Source: the human T2T-CHM13v2.0 reference genome, Homo sapiens
Length of the DNA stretch: 64,000 nucleotides
Reading direction: 5' to 3' (one strand)
NCBI RefSeq assembly: GCF_009914755.1
Contig: NC_060936.1
Part shown: one piece after another, positions 28,570 to 42,200 of the stretch
Layout: each line of letters starts with the position of its first letter
Numbering within the stretch: position 1 is the first letter of the stretch
The notes under the pieces: model-generated
Seen by the model: only the letters and a program-made list of their open reading frames with translations
Databases searched by the model: none
What the model was told of the DNA's origin: nothing
Made by a program: the position numbers and the translations under genes

Positions 28570-31500
28570 ATAGTATAAACTCATCTATATCATGGGATAT
28601 GGCACATGCATTTGTACATGCGTACGTGCATGTGTTTCTCCATGTTTTCCCAAGCCAGGGAAAACATGCTTCTTCCTCTGCAGGGGCTCTGGTAGATTAG
28701 TTGTTGGGAGCTCCTCAGAGGGTGCTGGGCTGACACTCTCATCCGTTTTTGAAGTCTAGGTGGCACACAGGATGCTGTGGCCACCCGCCCATGGTAAGGA
28801 GTGAGTGTGGTTTCTCTCTGCACCCCCTGCCCCCACCCCTGCCCTTGGAGGCCCACCCTACCTCTGTCCATCTGTTCTCCCACTCCCTCGTTGCCCAGAA
28901 AACCTCTGGAGATTCTGGCTGCGCCAGATTGTTGATCTTTTTGATCAGCTGGTTCCTTTTCTTTGTGTGTTTGATCCGTGTGGACTCTTCTGCCTCGGTT
29001 TTAAAGATGGCAGCTCCACCCTAGGCCTTTTTGTTAGTGGAGACTTTTCTGATTCTCCCCAGATGTTGTGAAAGCAGGTAAATGTCAAGTGTGTGGGACT
29101 AAATGGCATTTCCTAGAAATAACCAAATGAGTGTGGAGGAAGAAACATGCACTACACACCTTTCAAGGCAGCAATGGCAGCACTATGAATTTGGTGTCAT
29201 TTCTGGAGTCAGATTTTGTCCTGAGTTGCCTTCCTTGTTGCCCCATCCAGGAGGTTCTGGAAGGTTAGAAAACATTCCAGAGTGAACTACTGTGCCACCG
29301 TCCCCTCCCCGTCCTGTTTTGTCCCCTCCCCCTCACCTCAGTATCTCTCCTTCGATTCTGGCAGCTTTGCTCTTCCTCCTTCCCTCCCTAGGGAAACTCA
29401 ACCACCCTAGCTAAGCCACCGTAGTCACTTTTTACCATTATAATATTTTTCTTTCCCTGGCCAGGATATTGGTAAAGTGGAAAGTGTGTCATAGCCCCAC
29501 CCTGGGCCTTACTACTTTTTAGAGGTTTTTTTAATTCATCTTTCTATCTTTCTCCTTTCATCTCTGTCTTCCGAATTTATTTCTCCAGTTCCCTTTCTCT
29601 CTTCCTTCCTTCCTTTTTTCTTTCTTTCTTTTCTTTTTTTCTTTCTTTCTTCCTCTATCCTTTTTCCTTTCTTTCTCTTCTTTCTTTCTCTATCTCTTTC
29701 CATATTTCTCTCTTCCTCCTTCTTTTTACTTTTTCTTTCTTTTTTGATTTTTTTGAGATGGAATCTCACTGTGTTACACAGGCTGGAGTGCAGTGGCTCC
29801 ATCTCAACTCATGGCAACCTCCACCTTCCGGGTTCAAGCTGTTCTTCTGCCTCACCACTGCCCCCCACACCTGACCTGCCTAGGTAACTGAGACTACAGG
29901 TGCATGCCACCATGCCTGGCTAATTTTTGTATTTTTAGTAGAGACAGGGTTTCACCATATTGGCCAGCCTGGTATCGAACACCTGACCTGGTGATCCACC
30001 CACCTCAGCCTCCCACATTGCTGGGATTACAGCCGAGAGCCACTGCACCCACCCATTGTTTCTTTTAAAAATATTTTTCCTTTCAGAAATCGACCTCCTT
30101 CTTCATTTCCTTTATATTTTTTCTTGCAGGACTCGCAATCTTTATTGGTTCAAGTTTTTCAGACAGAATCTAGCTCTGTCACGTGGGCTGCAGTGCATTG
30201 GCCTGACCATGGCTTACCATAGCCTCGACCTTCTGAGTCCAAGAGATGGTCTTATGTCAGCCTTTCGAGGAGCTGTGACTACAGACGCATATCCTCATTC
30301 CATGCTAACTTTTTTCCCCTTTTTTTTTCTTTAAGTAGAGACAGGGTCTTGCTATGTTGCCAGAGCTGATCTCAAACTCCTGGGCTCAGGCTATTCTCCC
30401 ACCTAACCTCGCAAAGTGTTGGGATTATAGATGTGAGTCACCATGCCCTGCCCTCTTTGTTATTTTCTCCTCCTTACCTTTTTATTTCTCTTTCTATCTT
30501 TATTTCTTGTCTTTTCTTTCTTTCTTTCTTCTACTGTCTTTTATTATTTTTCTTTTTTCTTCTTTCTTTTTTCTTTCCTCTCTCTGTTTTTTTCCTCCTG
30601 GCTTTCCTTCATTTCTTTCCTCATTCTTTATCTATTTCATCTTTCTTCTCTCTCTATGTCTCTTTCTTTCTTTCTTTATATTTCTTTCTCTAGATTTTTA
30701 AAATTCTGTCTCTCTCTGTTTCTCATTTCCTTCCTCCCTCCCTCCCTCGCTACTCCCTTCCCTCCCTCCTTCCCTTCCTCCGTCTGTCTCTTTTCTCCAT
30801 TCCCTTTCTCCCTCTCTCCCTCCCTTCCTCTGTCTGTCTTTGTCTGGATTCTAGAAGACTCTCCTCATTCTGTATCTTCCTGTGTCCTAACTGACCAGCA
30901 ACGAAGTCCCGTTTCTTCTTTCTTCTTCCGAGATGCATCTTCAAACTCCCGCGTGCCACAGGTTGTCTTTTGACTCTATAGCAGTCTATGCAGAAACATG
31001 TTTGGGGAACGGTTTCTGTGAACTTGGGGAGGAGGGGCTGCATTTTTGGCCTCAAAAAAACTTCAAATCATGGTTTGGGCTTCCCAGTCATGGGCTGCCC
31101 TGCCATCTGGAGCTCTGGAGTGTCACTTGTGAGTCAGAGCTCAGTCATGCAGGGCTTTGTGGGGGGAGTCTCTTTCCGTGCTTCCGTGCACAAGGGCAGT
31201 GTGGGGCTGCCCCGGCTGGTCGAATAGCATTCCACAACTCCTGAGGCTTGACCTGAGACGCAGGGGCATTGTGCGGGTGGCTGGGGATGCCCTTCCTGGC
31301 CCAGCGGCAGGCCAGTGCAGGTCCTGGCCATCTGAGGCATCTGCTGAATTATTTTCCAAGTCCCTGGTGGAGTCAGGGACCATCCTGCACTGTCCTCTGG
31401 TTACCGAGGAGCGGTCACCGGGCCCAGCCCTAGTCCATCTGCCCTGATCTTTTTTTCCAAGTTCCTGTGCAGAGTCAGAGAGCGGTCCCTGAGCACGCAT

Positions 31501-31672
31501 GTGGTCCGAGAGGTGACACCTGGCCAGGCTTTGGTCCCTCATGTGATCTGGTCATGTGAGGGACTGGCCAAAAATGACTCTGAGTCTCGCTCTGGAGAAA
31601 CGGGCCAGACCCTGCATTGCACAGGTGGCCAGGAGGGTGTCCCTGGCCCTCTGCTGCTCCTGTGTGTGTCCT

Positions 31673-31685
31673 GGGGTTGACCAGA
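31673..31685 (+). terminator. T0 promoter-proximal Sal box (TTF1 site)
   Basis: GGGGTTGACCAGA ~176 nt upstream of the +1 homologue, identical to the recalled human T0. Confidence 0.85.
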
Positions 31686-31689
31686 GGGC

Positions 31690-31866
31690 CCTGGGTGTTC
31701 CGTGTCTGGCTGCCATGGTGGCCTTTTTGGGGATAGATGTCCAGATCGCTCATTTCTGGGCTAGTGGTGTGGTCGGTGACTCGACACCCTGCCCCCAGGC
31801 GAGGTATATCTTTCACTCCGAGTTGGCATTTTGGGCCACCAGGTTGTTGCTGACTCCTTGTCTGGG
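31690..31866 (+). promoter_or_regulatory. RNA polymerase I (45S) promoter relic: UCE plus core, +1 at 31849
   Basis: UCE-like 'tccgtgtctggctgccatggtggcctttttgggga'; core 'gaggtatatctttcactccgagttggcattttgggccaccaggttgtt|gctgac' versus human GAGGTATATCTTTCGCTCCGAGTCGGCATTTTGGGCCGCCGGGTTATT|GCTGAC. Confidence 0.92.
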
Positions 31867-33190
31867 GATTAGATTGGGCCTCTAGATGCATGTGAAGCTC
31901 TAGTATACTGGCAACCCAGCTAACAGGCCCTGCTCCAGCTTGAGCTGATTGCTGGGACCCGTGTGCTTGCTCTCACACATCCTAGTGTCATAACTGTCAG
32001 TGGTGCCCTGGGTCTCTGGGCCTTTGACCCTGGCAGGGAAGGCAGCAGGCAGCTTGGGCTCCCCGACCTGTGTGCTTCCCCACTGCGGGCACAAGAGGTG
32101 GTCAGAACAACCCCACCCTGTTGGCTCTGTGCTGTGCACATCAGGCATTCTCTTCCTTAAATTGTCTGCTGTCCCTATCCTAGAGTGAGGCTGGCTTTGC
32201 TGTTATGCCCATCAGGTTCATCAAGACTGACCCCCACTCAACCACCGCCTCGCTATGGGGCTTTTCATGATATATGTGGTGACATCACGCTCTCCTGGGC
32301 CGGGACTAAGCCAGGAGGAGCAAATAATGGAAATTCATGGTGAATGAAACCGTTCTTCTCGTTCTGCTCGTGAGGCCCCTCGTCTCTCCTCCCTGCCTCC
32401 TGGGAGGCATGGGGCAGGGAATTTGGCATGACCTCGCTGCCCTCACACCTTGTGCCTTGGCTTCTAGAAGATTGATGGAGTCTTCTGACACAGCAGGCAC
32501 CTTTGCTCTGGCTTCCTGTGGTTGTTGCCTTGGGGGTGGACAGGGCACCTCTCCCGGGCCATAGGGGACTGTCCCTACAAAACATTTCTGGGATGCGAAA
32601 GGGTTGGCACCACCTGGGCCTTTGTGGTGATCCAGTAGTGCTCCAGATTGCTACCACGTGCCCGAGACAAAACAGTGGTGGGTTGTGCCAACCCCAAGTG
32701 CCCTCTCCTACAACCAACACTACGGTGTTTGCAAGTGCGTCCTGAAGAGGTCGTTGGGTGGGGCGAGGCGGATGAGTGAGGCAGGCCCCTCCCACTCGAT
32801 AAGAGATGCCGCCTTGTCTGTCAAGTGTATGTCCCATGCTCCACTCTGCCAAGTGCGCACAAGACTTGGGAGCGATTGTGGTAAGATTCTGTGTACCATC
32901 GTGGTGTGTGGGCCTTGGGGAGGCCTTTTGCCCCAGAGAGAAGGGCGGATAAACAGAGGGACTTTGGGGGTGAGTACATGCATGCCAGGCAACGGCCCTG
33001 ATAGAAAGTACTCAAAATTTGCCACAGGCTTTTGGTCGTAAGGCAGACGACTTTCTTCGTCAGGCGGCCATGAGCGAATCTTCAGGCACAACGAGGGGCA
33101 ACTGGCGGGGAAGGAGTGTGACAAAAACTCGGTGAGAAAGCCTTCTTTAGTAATACGAAAGGTGAGCCAATGGGGTACAAAATACCCCAG
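31849..33190 (+). pseudogene. 45S pre-rRNA 5'ETS pseudogene, truncated just after the A0 region
   Basis: CpG-decayed colinear match to 5'ETS; A'/01 motif 'gatatatgtggtgac' at ~+420 (GATCGATGTGGTGAC in human); 'ctcggtgagaaagccttct' at ~33128. No 18S follows. Confidence 0.88.
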
Positions 33191-33272
33191 TCCAAGGTAT
33201 CTGTTTATAATAATGATTCCGTTGATGTGCATAAGCAGAGTTCCCTACTTTTACCATAAATAAGGACAGAAG

Positions 33273-36200
33273 CCGCGGGGGTCGTGGAGTCCCTGGCTTA
33301 CACCCAGGGTGCGTGTCACCCCCACAAGGGGCACCAGAAAGCGGCAAGAAGACCCCCGGGGGAAGAGAACAGGAAGCCAGGCTTTAAAGGGGACTTTGAG
33401 GCAGTCTGGGAAAAAACTTCCCATGGAAAACAGTGCCTACCCAGCTGACCCTGGGCCGGGCTTTGGGAAGTTGTGGAGTTCCTGACTTGCACCCAGGGTG
33501 CGTGTCAAGCCCATAGGGGACACCCCAAAGTGGCAAGAAGGCCTCTGGGGGAAGGGAACAGGACGCCAGTCTTGATAGGGGACGTTGAGGCAGCACGGAA
33601 AAATAAAAAATAAAAAAAGGCGGGCCAGCGTCATCCAACGGATGACAGTGTCTTCCCGGCAGCCCCTGTGTTCGGTCCAGGGGGGTCATGGAGTTTCTGC
33701 CTTGCACCCAGGGGCGTGTCGTGCCCACGGGGGGCATCCCAAAGCGGCACTAAGGCCCCTGAAGGAAGGGAAAAGGATGCCAAGCTTGAAAGAAGATGTT
33801 GAGGCAGCACAGGGAAAAAGCGGTGGGCTGGGATCCTCCCACTGACAGTAGTGCCATCCCAGCAGCCTCTGCGCTGGAACCAAGGGTATCCTGGATCCCT
33901 GGCTTGCACCCAGGGTGCGTTTCTCGCCCACGGGGGGCACCTCAAAGCGGCAAGAAAGCCCCCGAAAGAAGGGGACAGCATGTCAGGCTTGAAGGGGTAT
34001 GTTGAGGCAGCCCGGCGGCAAAAGCGGCGAGGCTGGAGTCCTCCCACGGACGACAGTGCCTTCTCCGCAGCCCCTGTGCCAAGCGCGGAGTGGTCGTGGA
34101 GTACCTTACTGCCACCCAGCGGGCGTGTCTCTCCCATGGGGGGCACCCCGAAGCGGCAAGAAGGCCCCCGGGGGAAGGGAAAAGGACGCAAGGCTTGAAA
34201 GGGGACGTTGAGGCAGTCGGATAAAACTTCCCACCGAATACAGTGCCTTCCCAGCAGCCTCTGCGCCGGGCCCAGAGAAGTCATGGAGTCCCTGGCTTGC
34301 ACCCAGGGTGGGTGTCGCGCCCACGGTGGGCACCCCAAAGCGGCAAGAAGGCCTTTCGGGGAAGGGAACAGGACACCAGGCTTGAAAGGGGATGTTGAGG
34401 CAGTCCAGGGAAAAACTTCCCACGGAGGACAGAGTCTTCCCAGCAGCCTCTGTGCCAGAACCAGGGAAGTCGTGGAGTCCCTGGCTTGCACCCAGGGTGC
34501 GTGTCTAGCCCCCGGGGGTACCTCCAAGCGGCAAGAAGGCCATAGGGGTAAGGAAACAGGACGCTAGGCTTGAAAGAGGGCGTTGAGACAGCATGGGGAA
34601 AAAGGCGGCAGGCCGGGGACGTGTCATGGATGACAGTGCCTTTCCAGCAGCCCCTGCGCCAGGACAGTGGGCGGGGGGGTGGGGGGTGGGTGTCGTGGAT
34701 GGCTTGCACCCAGGGTGCGTGTCTCACCCATGGGTAGCACCCCAAAGCGGCAAGAAGGCCCGCAGGGGAAGGAAACAGGATGCCGGGCTTGTAAGGCGAC
34801 GTTGAGACGCTCCAGGGAAACAGTTCCCAAAGACGACTGTGCCTTCCCAGCAGCCCCTCCACCGCGCCCGGGGAAGTCATCAAGTCCCTGGCTTGCACCC
34901 AGGGTGCGTGTCGCACCCAGTGGGGACATGCCAAAGCGGCAAGTAGGCCTCTGAGAAAACGAAACAGGACGCCAGGCTTGAAAGAGGACGTTGAGGAAGC
35001 ACGGGGAAGAAAAGCAGCAGGCCGGTGTACTCCCATGGACAACAGTGTGTTCCCGGCAGCCCGTGTGCCTGGCCTGGGACGGTCGTGGAGTCCCTGGCTT
35101 GCACCCAGTGTGCGTGTCGCGCCCACGGGGGAACCCCAAAGCAGCAAGAATGCTTTTGGGGGAAGAGAACAGGACGCCAGGCTTGGAAGGGGACGTTGAG
35201 GCAGCACGGGGAAAAAAGCGGCGGGCCGGAGTCATTTCACTGATGACAGTGCCTTCCCGGCAGACCCTGCGCCGGGTTTGGGGTGGTCGTGGAGTCCCTG
35301 GCTTGCACCCAGTGTGCGTTTAGCGCCCACGCGGGCACCCCAAAGAAGGCCTTTAGGGAAGGGAACATGATGCCAGGCTTGAAATGGAACGTTGAGGCAG
35401 CACGGAGAAAAACGCGGGGGGTCGGGGTCCTCCCACCGACGACAGTGCCTTCCTGGCAGTCCCTGCGCCGGGCCCGGGGGAGTCGTGGAGTCCCTGTCTT
35501 GCACACAGGCTTCTCGCCCATGGGGGGCAACCCAAAGCGGAAAGAAGTCCCCAGGTGAAAGGGAACAGGACGCTAGGCTTTAAATGAGATGTTGAGGCTT
35601 CCCGGGGGAAAAGCAGTGGGCCGGGGTCATCCCACGGATGACAATGCCTTCCTGGCAGCCCCTGCACCTGGCCAGGGGGTATCGTGGAGTCCTTCACTTG
35701 CACCCAGGGTGTGTGTCGCGTTTACAGAAGGCACCCCAAAGAAGCAAGAAGGCCTCCGGGGAAAGGGAAAAGGATGCCAGACTTGAAAGGTGATATTCAG
35801 GCAGGAAGGGGTAACAAGAGGTGGGCTGGAGTCCTCCCATGGACAACAGTGTGTTACCGGCAGCCCCTGCGCTGGCCTCAGCGAGGTCGTGGAGTCCCTT
35901 GATTGCACCAAGGGTGGGTGTCACGCCCACGGGGGGCACCGCAAAGCGGCAAGAAGGCTTCTGGGGGAAGAGAGCAGGATGACAGTCTTGAAAGCAGACG
36001 TTGAGGCAGCACGGAGAAAAAAGCGGCAAGCCACATCCTCCCACAGAAGACAGTACCTTTTAGTCAGCCCCTGCACTGGGCCCGGGGGTTTTGTGGAGTC
36101 CCTGGCTTGCACCCATGGTGCATTTCTTGCCCACGGAGGGCACATAAAAGCGGCCAGAAGGCCTTCGAGGGAAGGGAACAGGATGCCAGGCTTGAAAGGG

Positions 36201-39200
36201 GACGTTGAGGCAGCACTGGAAAAAAGCAGTGGGCCAGGATCCTCCCACGGATGACAGTGTTTTCCCGGCAGCCCCTGAGCCAGGCCCTGGAGGGTCGTGG
36301 AGTCTCTGGCTTGCACCAAGGGTGCGTGTGAAGCCCACGGGGGACACCCCAAAGCGGCAAGAAGGCCTCCGGGGATAGGGAACAGGACGCCAGGCTTGAA
36401 ACAGGACGTTGAGGCAGCACAGGGAAAAAAGCGGAAGGCCGGAGTCCCCCCCACGGATGACAGTGCCTTCCAGGCAGCCACTGCGCCATGCCCGGGGGGC
36501 TTGTGCAGTCCCTGACTCCCACCCAGGCTGCGTGTCGCACCCACAGGGGTCACCCTAAAGCGGCAAGAAGGCCCCAGGGGGAAGGGAACAGGACGCCAGG
36601 CTTGAAAGGGGACTTTGAGGTAGTCCGGGGAAAAACTTCCCACGGAGGACAGTGTTTTCCCCGTAGCCCCTGCGCCAGACCCGGGAGAGCCATGCAGCCC
36701 ATGGCTTTCACCCAGGGGGCGTATCGCTCCCATGAGGGACACCCCAAAGCAGCAAGAAGGCCTCCGGGGGAAGGGAACATGACGCCACGATTGAAATGTG
36801 AAGTTGAGGCAGCACGGGGAAAAAAGCAGCAGGCCAGGGTAGTCCCACGGATGACAGTGCCTTCCCGGCAGCCGCTGCGCCTGTCCTGGGAGGGTCGTGG
36901 ATTCTCTGGCTTGCACCCAGGGTGGCATCGCGCCCACTGGAGGCACCCAAAGGGGAAAGAAGGCCCCAGAGGGAAGGGAACAAGACGCCAGGCTTGAAAG
37001 GGGACATTGAGGTAGCACGAGGAAAAAACTGATGGGTTGGTGTCCTCCCACGGATGACAGTCACTTCCCGGCAGCTTCTGCGCCGGAACCAGAGGGGTCG
37101 TGGGTCCCTGGCTTGCACCCAGGGTGCGTGTCTCGCCCACAGGGGGCACCCCAAAGTGGCAAGAAGGCCCCCAAAGGATGGAGACAGCACATCTGGCTTG
37201 AAGGTGGATGTTGAGATAGCCCGGGAAAAAAGCGGTGAAGCTGTGTTCCTCCCATGGACAACAATGCCTTCCCTGCAGCCCCTGCGCCGGGCCCGGGGGA
37301 GTTGTGGAGTCCCTGTCTTATACCAGGGTAGGTTTCTCGCCCATGGCGGGGGCGCATCCCAAAGCGGAAAGAAGGCCCCCGGGGAAGGGGAACAGGACGC
37401 TAGGGTTTAAATGAGATGTTGAGGCTGCCCGGGGGAAAAGCGGCGGGCCAGGGTAGTTCCACGGATGACAGTGCCTTCCTGGCAGCCCCTGCGCCTGGCC
37501 CGGGGGCGGGGGGGGGTGGTCGTGGCGTCCCTGGCTTGCAGGCAGGGTGTGCGTTTCGCCCACAGGGGCTCCCCAAAGGGGAAAGAAGGCACCCGAGGGA
37601 AAGGGACCGCACATCAGGCTTTAAGGGAGAGGTTGAGGCAGCATGGGATAAAAGCGGCGAGGCTGGGGTTCTCCCATGGATGACAGTCCCTTCCCGGCAG
37701 CCCCTGCGCCGGGCACTGGGGTGTCGTGGAGTCCCTGGCTTGCACCTAGGGTGCGCGTGTAGCCCACAGGGAACAACCCAAAGCGGCAAGAAGGCTTCTG
37801 GTGGTAGATAACAGGACGCCAGGCTTGAAAGTAGACGTTGAGGCAGTACTGGGAAAAAAGCGGCGGGCCAGGGTCCTCCTACCGACGACAGTATCTTGTA
37901 GGCAGCCCCTGCACTGTTCCCGGGGGGGTTTGTGGAGGCCCTGGCTTGCACCCAGGGTTTGTGTTGCGCCCACGTGTGGCACCTTTAAGAGGCAAGAAGG
38001 CCCCCGGTGGAAGGGAACAGACGCCAGGCTTGAAAGGGGACGTAGAGGAAGTCCGGAAAAAAAACTTCCCAGAGAGTACAGTGGCTCCCCGACAGGCCCT
38101 GCGCCGGGTCTAGGGAGGTCGTGGAATCCCTGGCTTGCACCTAGGGTGTGTGTCGCGCCCATGGGGGGCACCCCAAAGCGACAAGAAGACGCCGGGGGAA
38201 GGGAACAGGACTCCAGGCTTGAAAGCGGATGTTGAGGCAGCACAGGGAAAAAAGCGGCAGGCCAGGGTCTTCCCACGGATGACAGTGCCTCCCGGCAGCC
38301 CCTGCGCCTGTCCCGGGGGGGTCGTGGAGTCCCTGGCTTGCACCCAGGGTGCGTGTCTCTCCCACGGGGGGCACAACAAACTCGCAAGAAGGCCTTAGGG
38401 GGAAGGGAAGCAGACGCGTCTTGAAAAAAGACGTTGAGGCAGTCTGGGGAAAAACTTCCCAGGAGGCACAGTGCCTTCCCGACAGCCCCTGCGCTGGGCC
38501 CGGTGGGGTCGTGAAGTCGCTGGATTGCACCCAGGGTGCGTGTCGCCCCCACGGCGGGCACCCCAAAGCGTCAAGAATGACCCCACGGGAAGGGGAAAGC
38601 ATGTCGGTCTTAAAGAGGGACGTTGAGGCAGCCCGGAGAAAAAAACAGGGAGGCTGGGGTCCTTCCACCGATGACAGTGCCTTCCCGGCATCCCATGTGC
38701 CATCTCCGGGCGGGTCGTGGAGTCCCTGGCTTTCACCCAGGGTGCGTGTATCTCCCATTGGGCCACCCCAAAGTGGCAAGAAGTCCCCCAGGGGAAGGAA
38801 ACAGGGTGTTAGGCTTAAAAGGGGACATTGAGGCAGCACGGGGAATAAGGCTGTGGGTTGAAGTCCTTCTAACAATGACGCTGCCTTCCTGGCAGCCTCT
38901 ACGCCCTGCCCAATAGGGTTGTGGAGTCGCTTGCTTGCACCCAGGGTGCGTGTCGCACCCCAGGGGGCACCCCAAAGCGCCAAGAAGGCCTCCGGGGGAA
39001 GGGAGTAGAACGCCAGGCGTGAAAGGTGACGTTGAGGCAGCACGAGGGAAAAAGCAGCAGGCAGCGATCGTCACACGGACGACAGTGCCTTCCCGGCAGC
39101 CCCTGCGCCAGACTCGGGGTTGTCGTGGAGTTCCTGACTTGAACCCAGGGTGCGTGTCGCGCCCACGGGGGGACACCCCAAAGCGGCAAGAATGCCCCCT

Positions 39201-42200
39201 GGGAAGGGAACAGGACGCCAGGCTTGAAAGGGGACTTTGAAGCAGTCCAGGAAAAAACTTCCCACGGACCACGGTGCCTTCCCGGCAGCCCCTTTGCCAG
39301 GCCCGAGGGGGTTGTTGTGTCCCAGGCTTGCACCCAGGGTTCCACGGGGGGCACCCCAAAGCGGCAAGTAGGTTCCCAGGGGAAGGGGACAGCACGTCAG
39401 GCTTGGAGGGGGACGTTGAGGCAGCCCCGGGAATAAAGAGGGGATGCTGGGGTCCTGCCACGGATAACACTGTCTTCCCGACAGCATCTGTGGTGGGCCT
39501 GGGAGCGTCATGGAGTCCTTGGCTTGCACCCAAGGTGCGTGTCTCGCCCTCGGGGGGCACCACAAAGCGGCAAGAAGGCCACCGGGGGAAGGGTATGGGA
39601 CGCCAGGGTTGAAAGGGATAGTTGAGGCAGTCCGGGGAAAAACGTGGCAGGCTGGGGTCGTCCCATGGACGACAGTGCCTTCCCAGCAGCCCCTGCGTCA
39701 GGCCCGGGGTGGTCGTGGAGTCCCTGGCTTGCACCGAGGGTGCGGGTCGCACCCATGGGGGCACCCCAAAGTGGCAAGAAGGCCGCCGGGCGAACGCCAC
39801 AGAAGGCCAGGCTTTAATGGGGATGCTGAGGCAGCACAGAGAGAAAAGCGGCTAGTCGGGTTCCTCCTACGGATGACAGTGCCTTCCTGGCAGTCCCTGC
39901 GCTGGGCCCGGGGGGATCGTGGAGTCCCTATCTTGCACCCAGGGTGCGTGTTTCGCCCATGGGAGAGCACCCCAAAGCGGCAAGTAGGCCCCTGGGGGAA
40001 GGGGACAGCACCTCAGACTTGAAGGGGGACTTTGAGGTAGCCCGTGGAAAAAAACGGCGACGCTGAGTTTCTCCCACAAACGACAGTGCCTTCCTGGCAG
40101 CCCCTTCGCTGGGCCAGGGTGGTCCTGGAGTCCGTGGCTTGCACCCAGGGTGCGTGTCTCGCTCACGGGGGCACCCCAAAGCGGCAAGTAGATTCCCGGG
40201 GGGAAGGGAGAGCACGTCAGGCTTGAAGGGGAGGTTGAGGCGGCCCCGGGGTAAAAGTGGTGAAGCTGGGGTCCTCCCACGGATGACACCGCCTTCCTGG
40301 CAGCCTCTGCAGTGGGCCCAGAGGTGTCGTGGAGTCTCTGGCTTGCTCCCAGGTTGTGTGTCTCGCCCACGAGTGGCACCACAAAGCAGCAAGAAGGCCC
40401 CCAGGGGAAGGGTACAGGACTCCAGGGTTGAAAGGTAGAGTTGAGGCAGACCGGTGTCATCCCAAGGACAACAGTGTCTTGTCCGGTAGCCCCTGCATCG
40501 GGCCTGGGGTGGTTGTGGAGTCCCTGGCTTGCACCCGGGGTGCGTGTCGTGCCCACGATGGGCACCGCAATGCGGTAAGAAGTCCCCGAGTGGAAGGGAA
40601 CAGGACGCCGAGCTTGAAAGGGGACGTTGAGGCAGTCCGGGGAAAAAATTTCCACTGAGAACAGTGCCTTCCCGGCAGCCTCTGAGTGGGACCCAGGTGG
40701 ACGGTGGAGCCCCTGGCTTGGACCCAGGGTGCCTGTCTTGCTCACGGGGTGCACGTGAAAGTGGCAACAGGGCCCCCGGGGGAAGGGGACAACATGTCAG
40801 GCTTGAAGAGGGACGTTGGGCCAGCCAGAGGAAAACAGCGGCTAGGCTGTGGTCGTCCCACAGACCACAGTGCCTTCCCGGCAGCCCCTGAGCCTGGCCC
40901 AGGCGGGGGGGTTTGGAGTCCCTGTCTTGCACAGAGTGCGTGTCTCGCCTAAGTGTGCACGCGAAAGCTGCAAGAAGGGCTCCGGGGGAAGGGAACAGGA
41001 TGCCAGGCTTGAAAGGGGACTTTGAGGCAGTCCAGGGAAAAACTTTCCACGGAGGACAGTGACTTCCCGACATCCCCTGCGCCTGGCCCTGGGGGTCTTG
41101 GAGTCCCTGGTTTACACCCAGGGTGCGTGCCTCGCCCACGGGTGGCACCCCAAAGCAGCAAGAAAGCCCCGGGGGGGAAAGAACAGGATGCCAGACTTGA
41201 AAGGGGACGTTGAGGCAGCCCAGGAAAAAAAGGGGCGAGGCTGGGGTCCTTTCACGGATGACAGTGCCTTCCCTACAGCCCCTATGCCAGTCCCGGGAGG
41301 GTCGCGGAGTCCCTGTCTTGCACACAATGTGCGTGTCTCGCCCACGGGGGGCACCCCAAAGTGGCAAGAAGTCCCCCGCGGGAAGGCAACAGGACGCCAG
41401 GCTTGAATGGGGACGTTTAGGTAGCCTGGAGAAAAAAGCAGCGAGGCTGGGGTGATCCCACGAATGACAGTGCCTTACCGGCAGCCCCTTTGCCGGGCAT
41501 GCGGGGGTTGTTGATTCCCTGGCTTGCACCCAGGGTGAGTGTCTTGCCCACGGCGGGCACCACAAAGCAGCAAGAAGGTTCCCGGGGGAAAGGGACAGCA
41601 CGTCAGTCTTGAAGGGGGAAGTTGAGGCAGCCCCGGGGAAAAAAGCGGGGATGCTGGGGTCCTCTCACGGACGACACTGCCTTCCCAGCAGCCTCTGCAG
41701 TGGGCCCGGGAGCGTCCTGGAGTCCCTGTCTTGCACCCCGGGTGCGTGTCTCACCCACGGGGAGCACCACAAAGCGGCAAGAAGGCCACTGGGGGAAGGG
41801 TACAGGACGCCAGGGTTGAAGGGGATAGTGGAGGCAGTCCAAGGAAAAAAGTGGCGGGATGGTGTCGTCCCAAGGATGGCCACCCCTGCGCCGGGCCAGG
41901 GATGGTCGCGGAGTCCCTGGCTTGCACCCAGGTTGTGTGTCTCGCCCACAGGGGGCACCCCAAAGCAGCACGAAGGCCTCCAGGGGAAGGGAACAGGACG
42001 CCAGGCTTGGAAAGTGACGTTGAGGCAGCAGGGGGTAAAAAGTGGCGGGCCGGGCCCTCCCACGGATGACAGTGCCTTCCCGGAAGCCGCTGCGCAGGGC
42101 CCGGCGTGTTTGTGGAGTCTCTGGCTTGCACCCAGAATCGTGCGGCGCCCACGACGGGCACCCCAAAGCGGCAAGATATCCCCCGCTGGAAGGGAACAGG

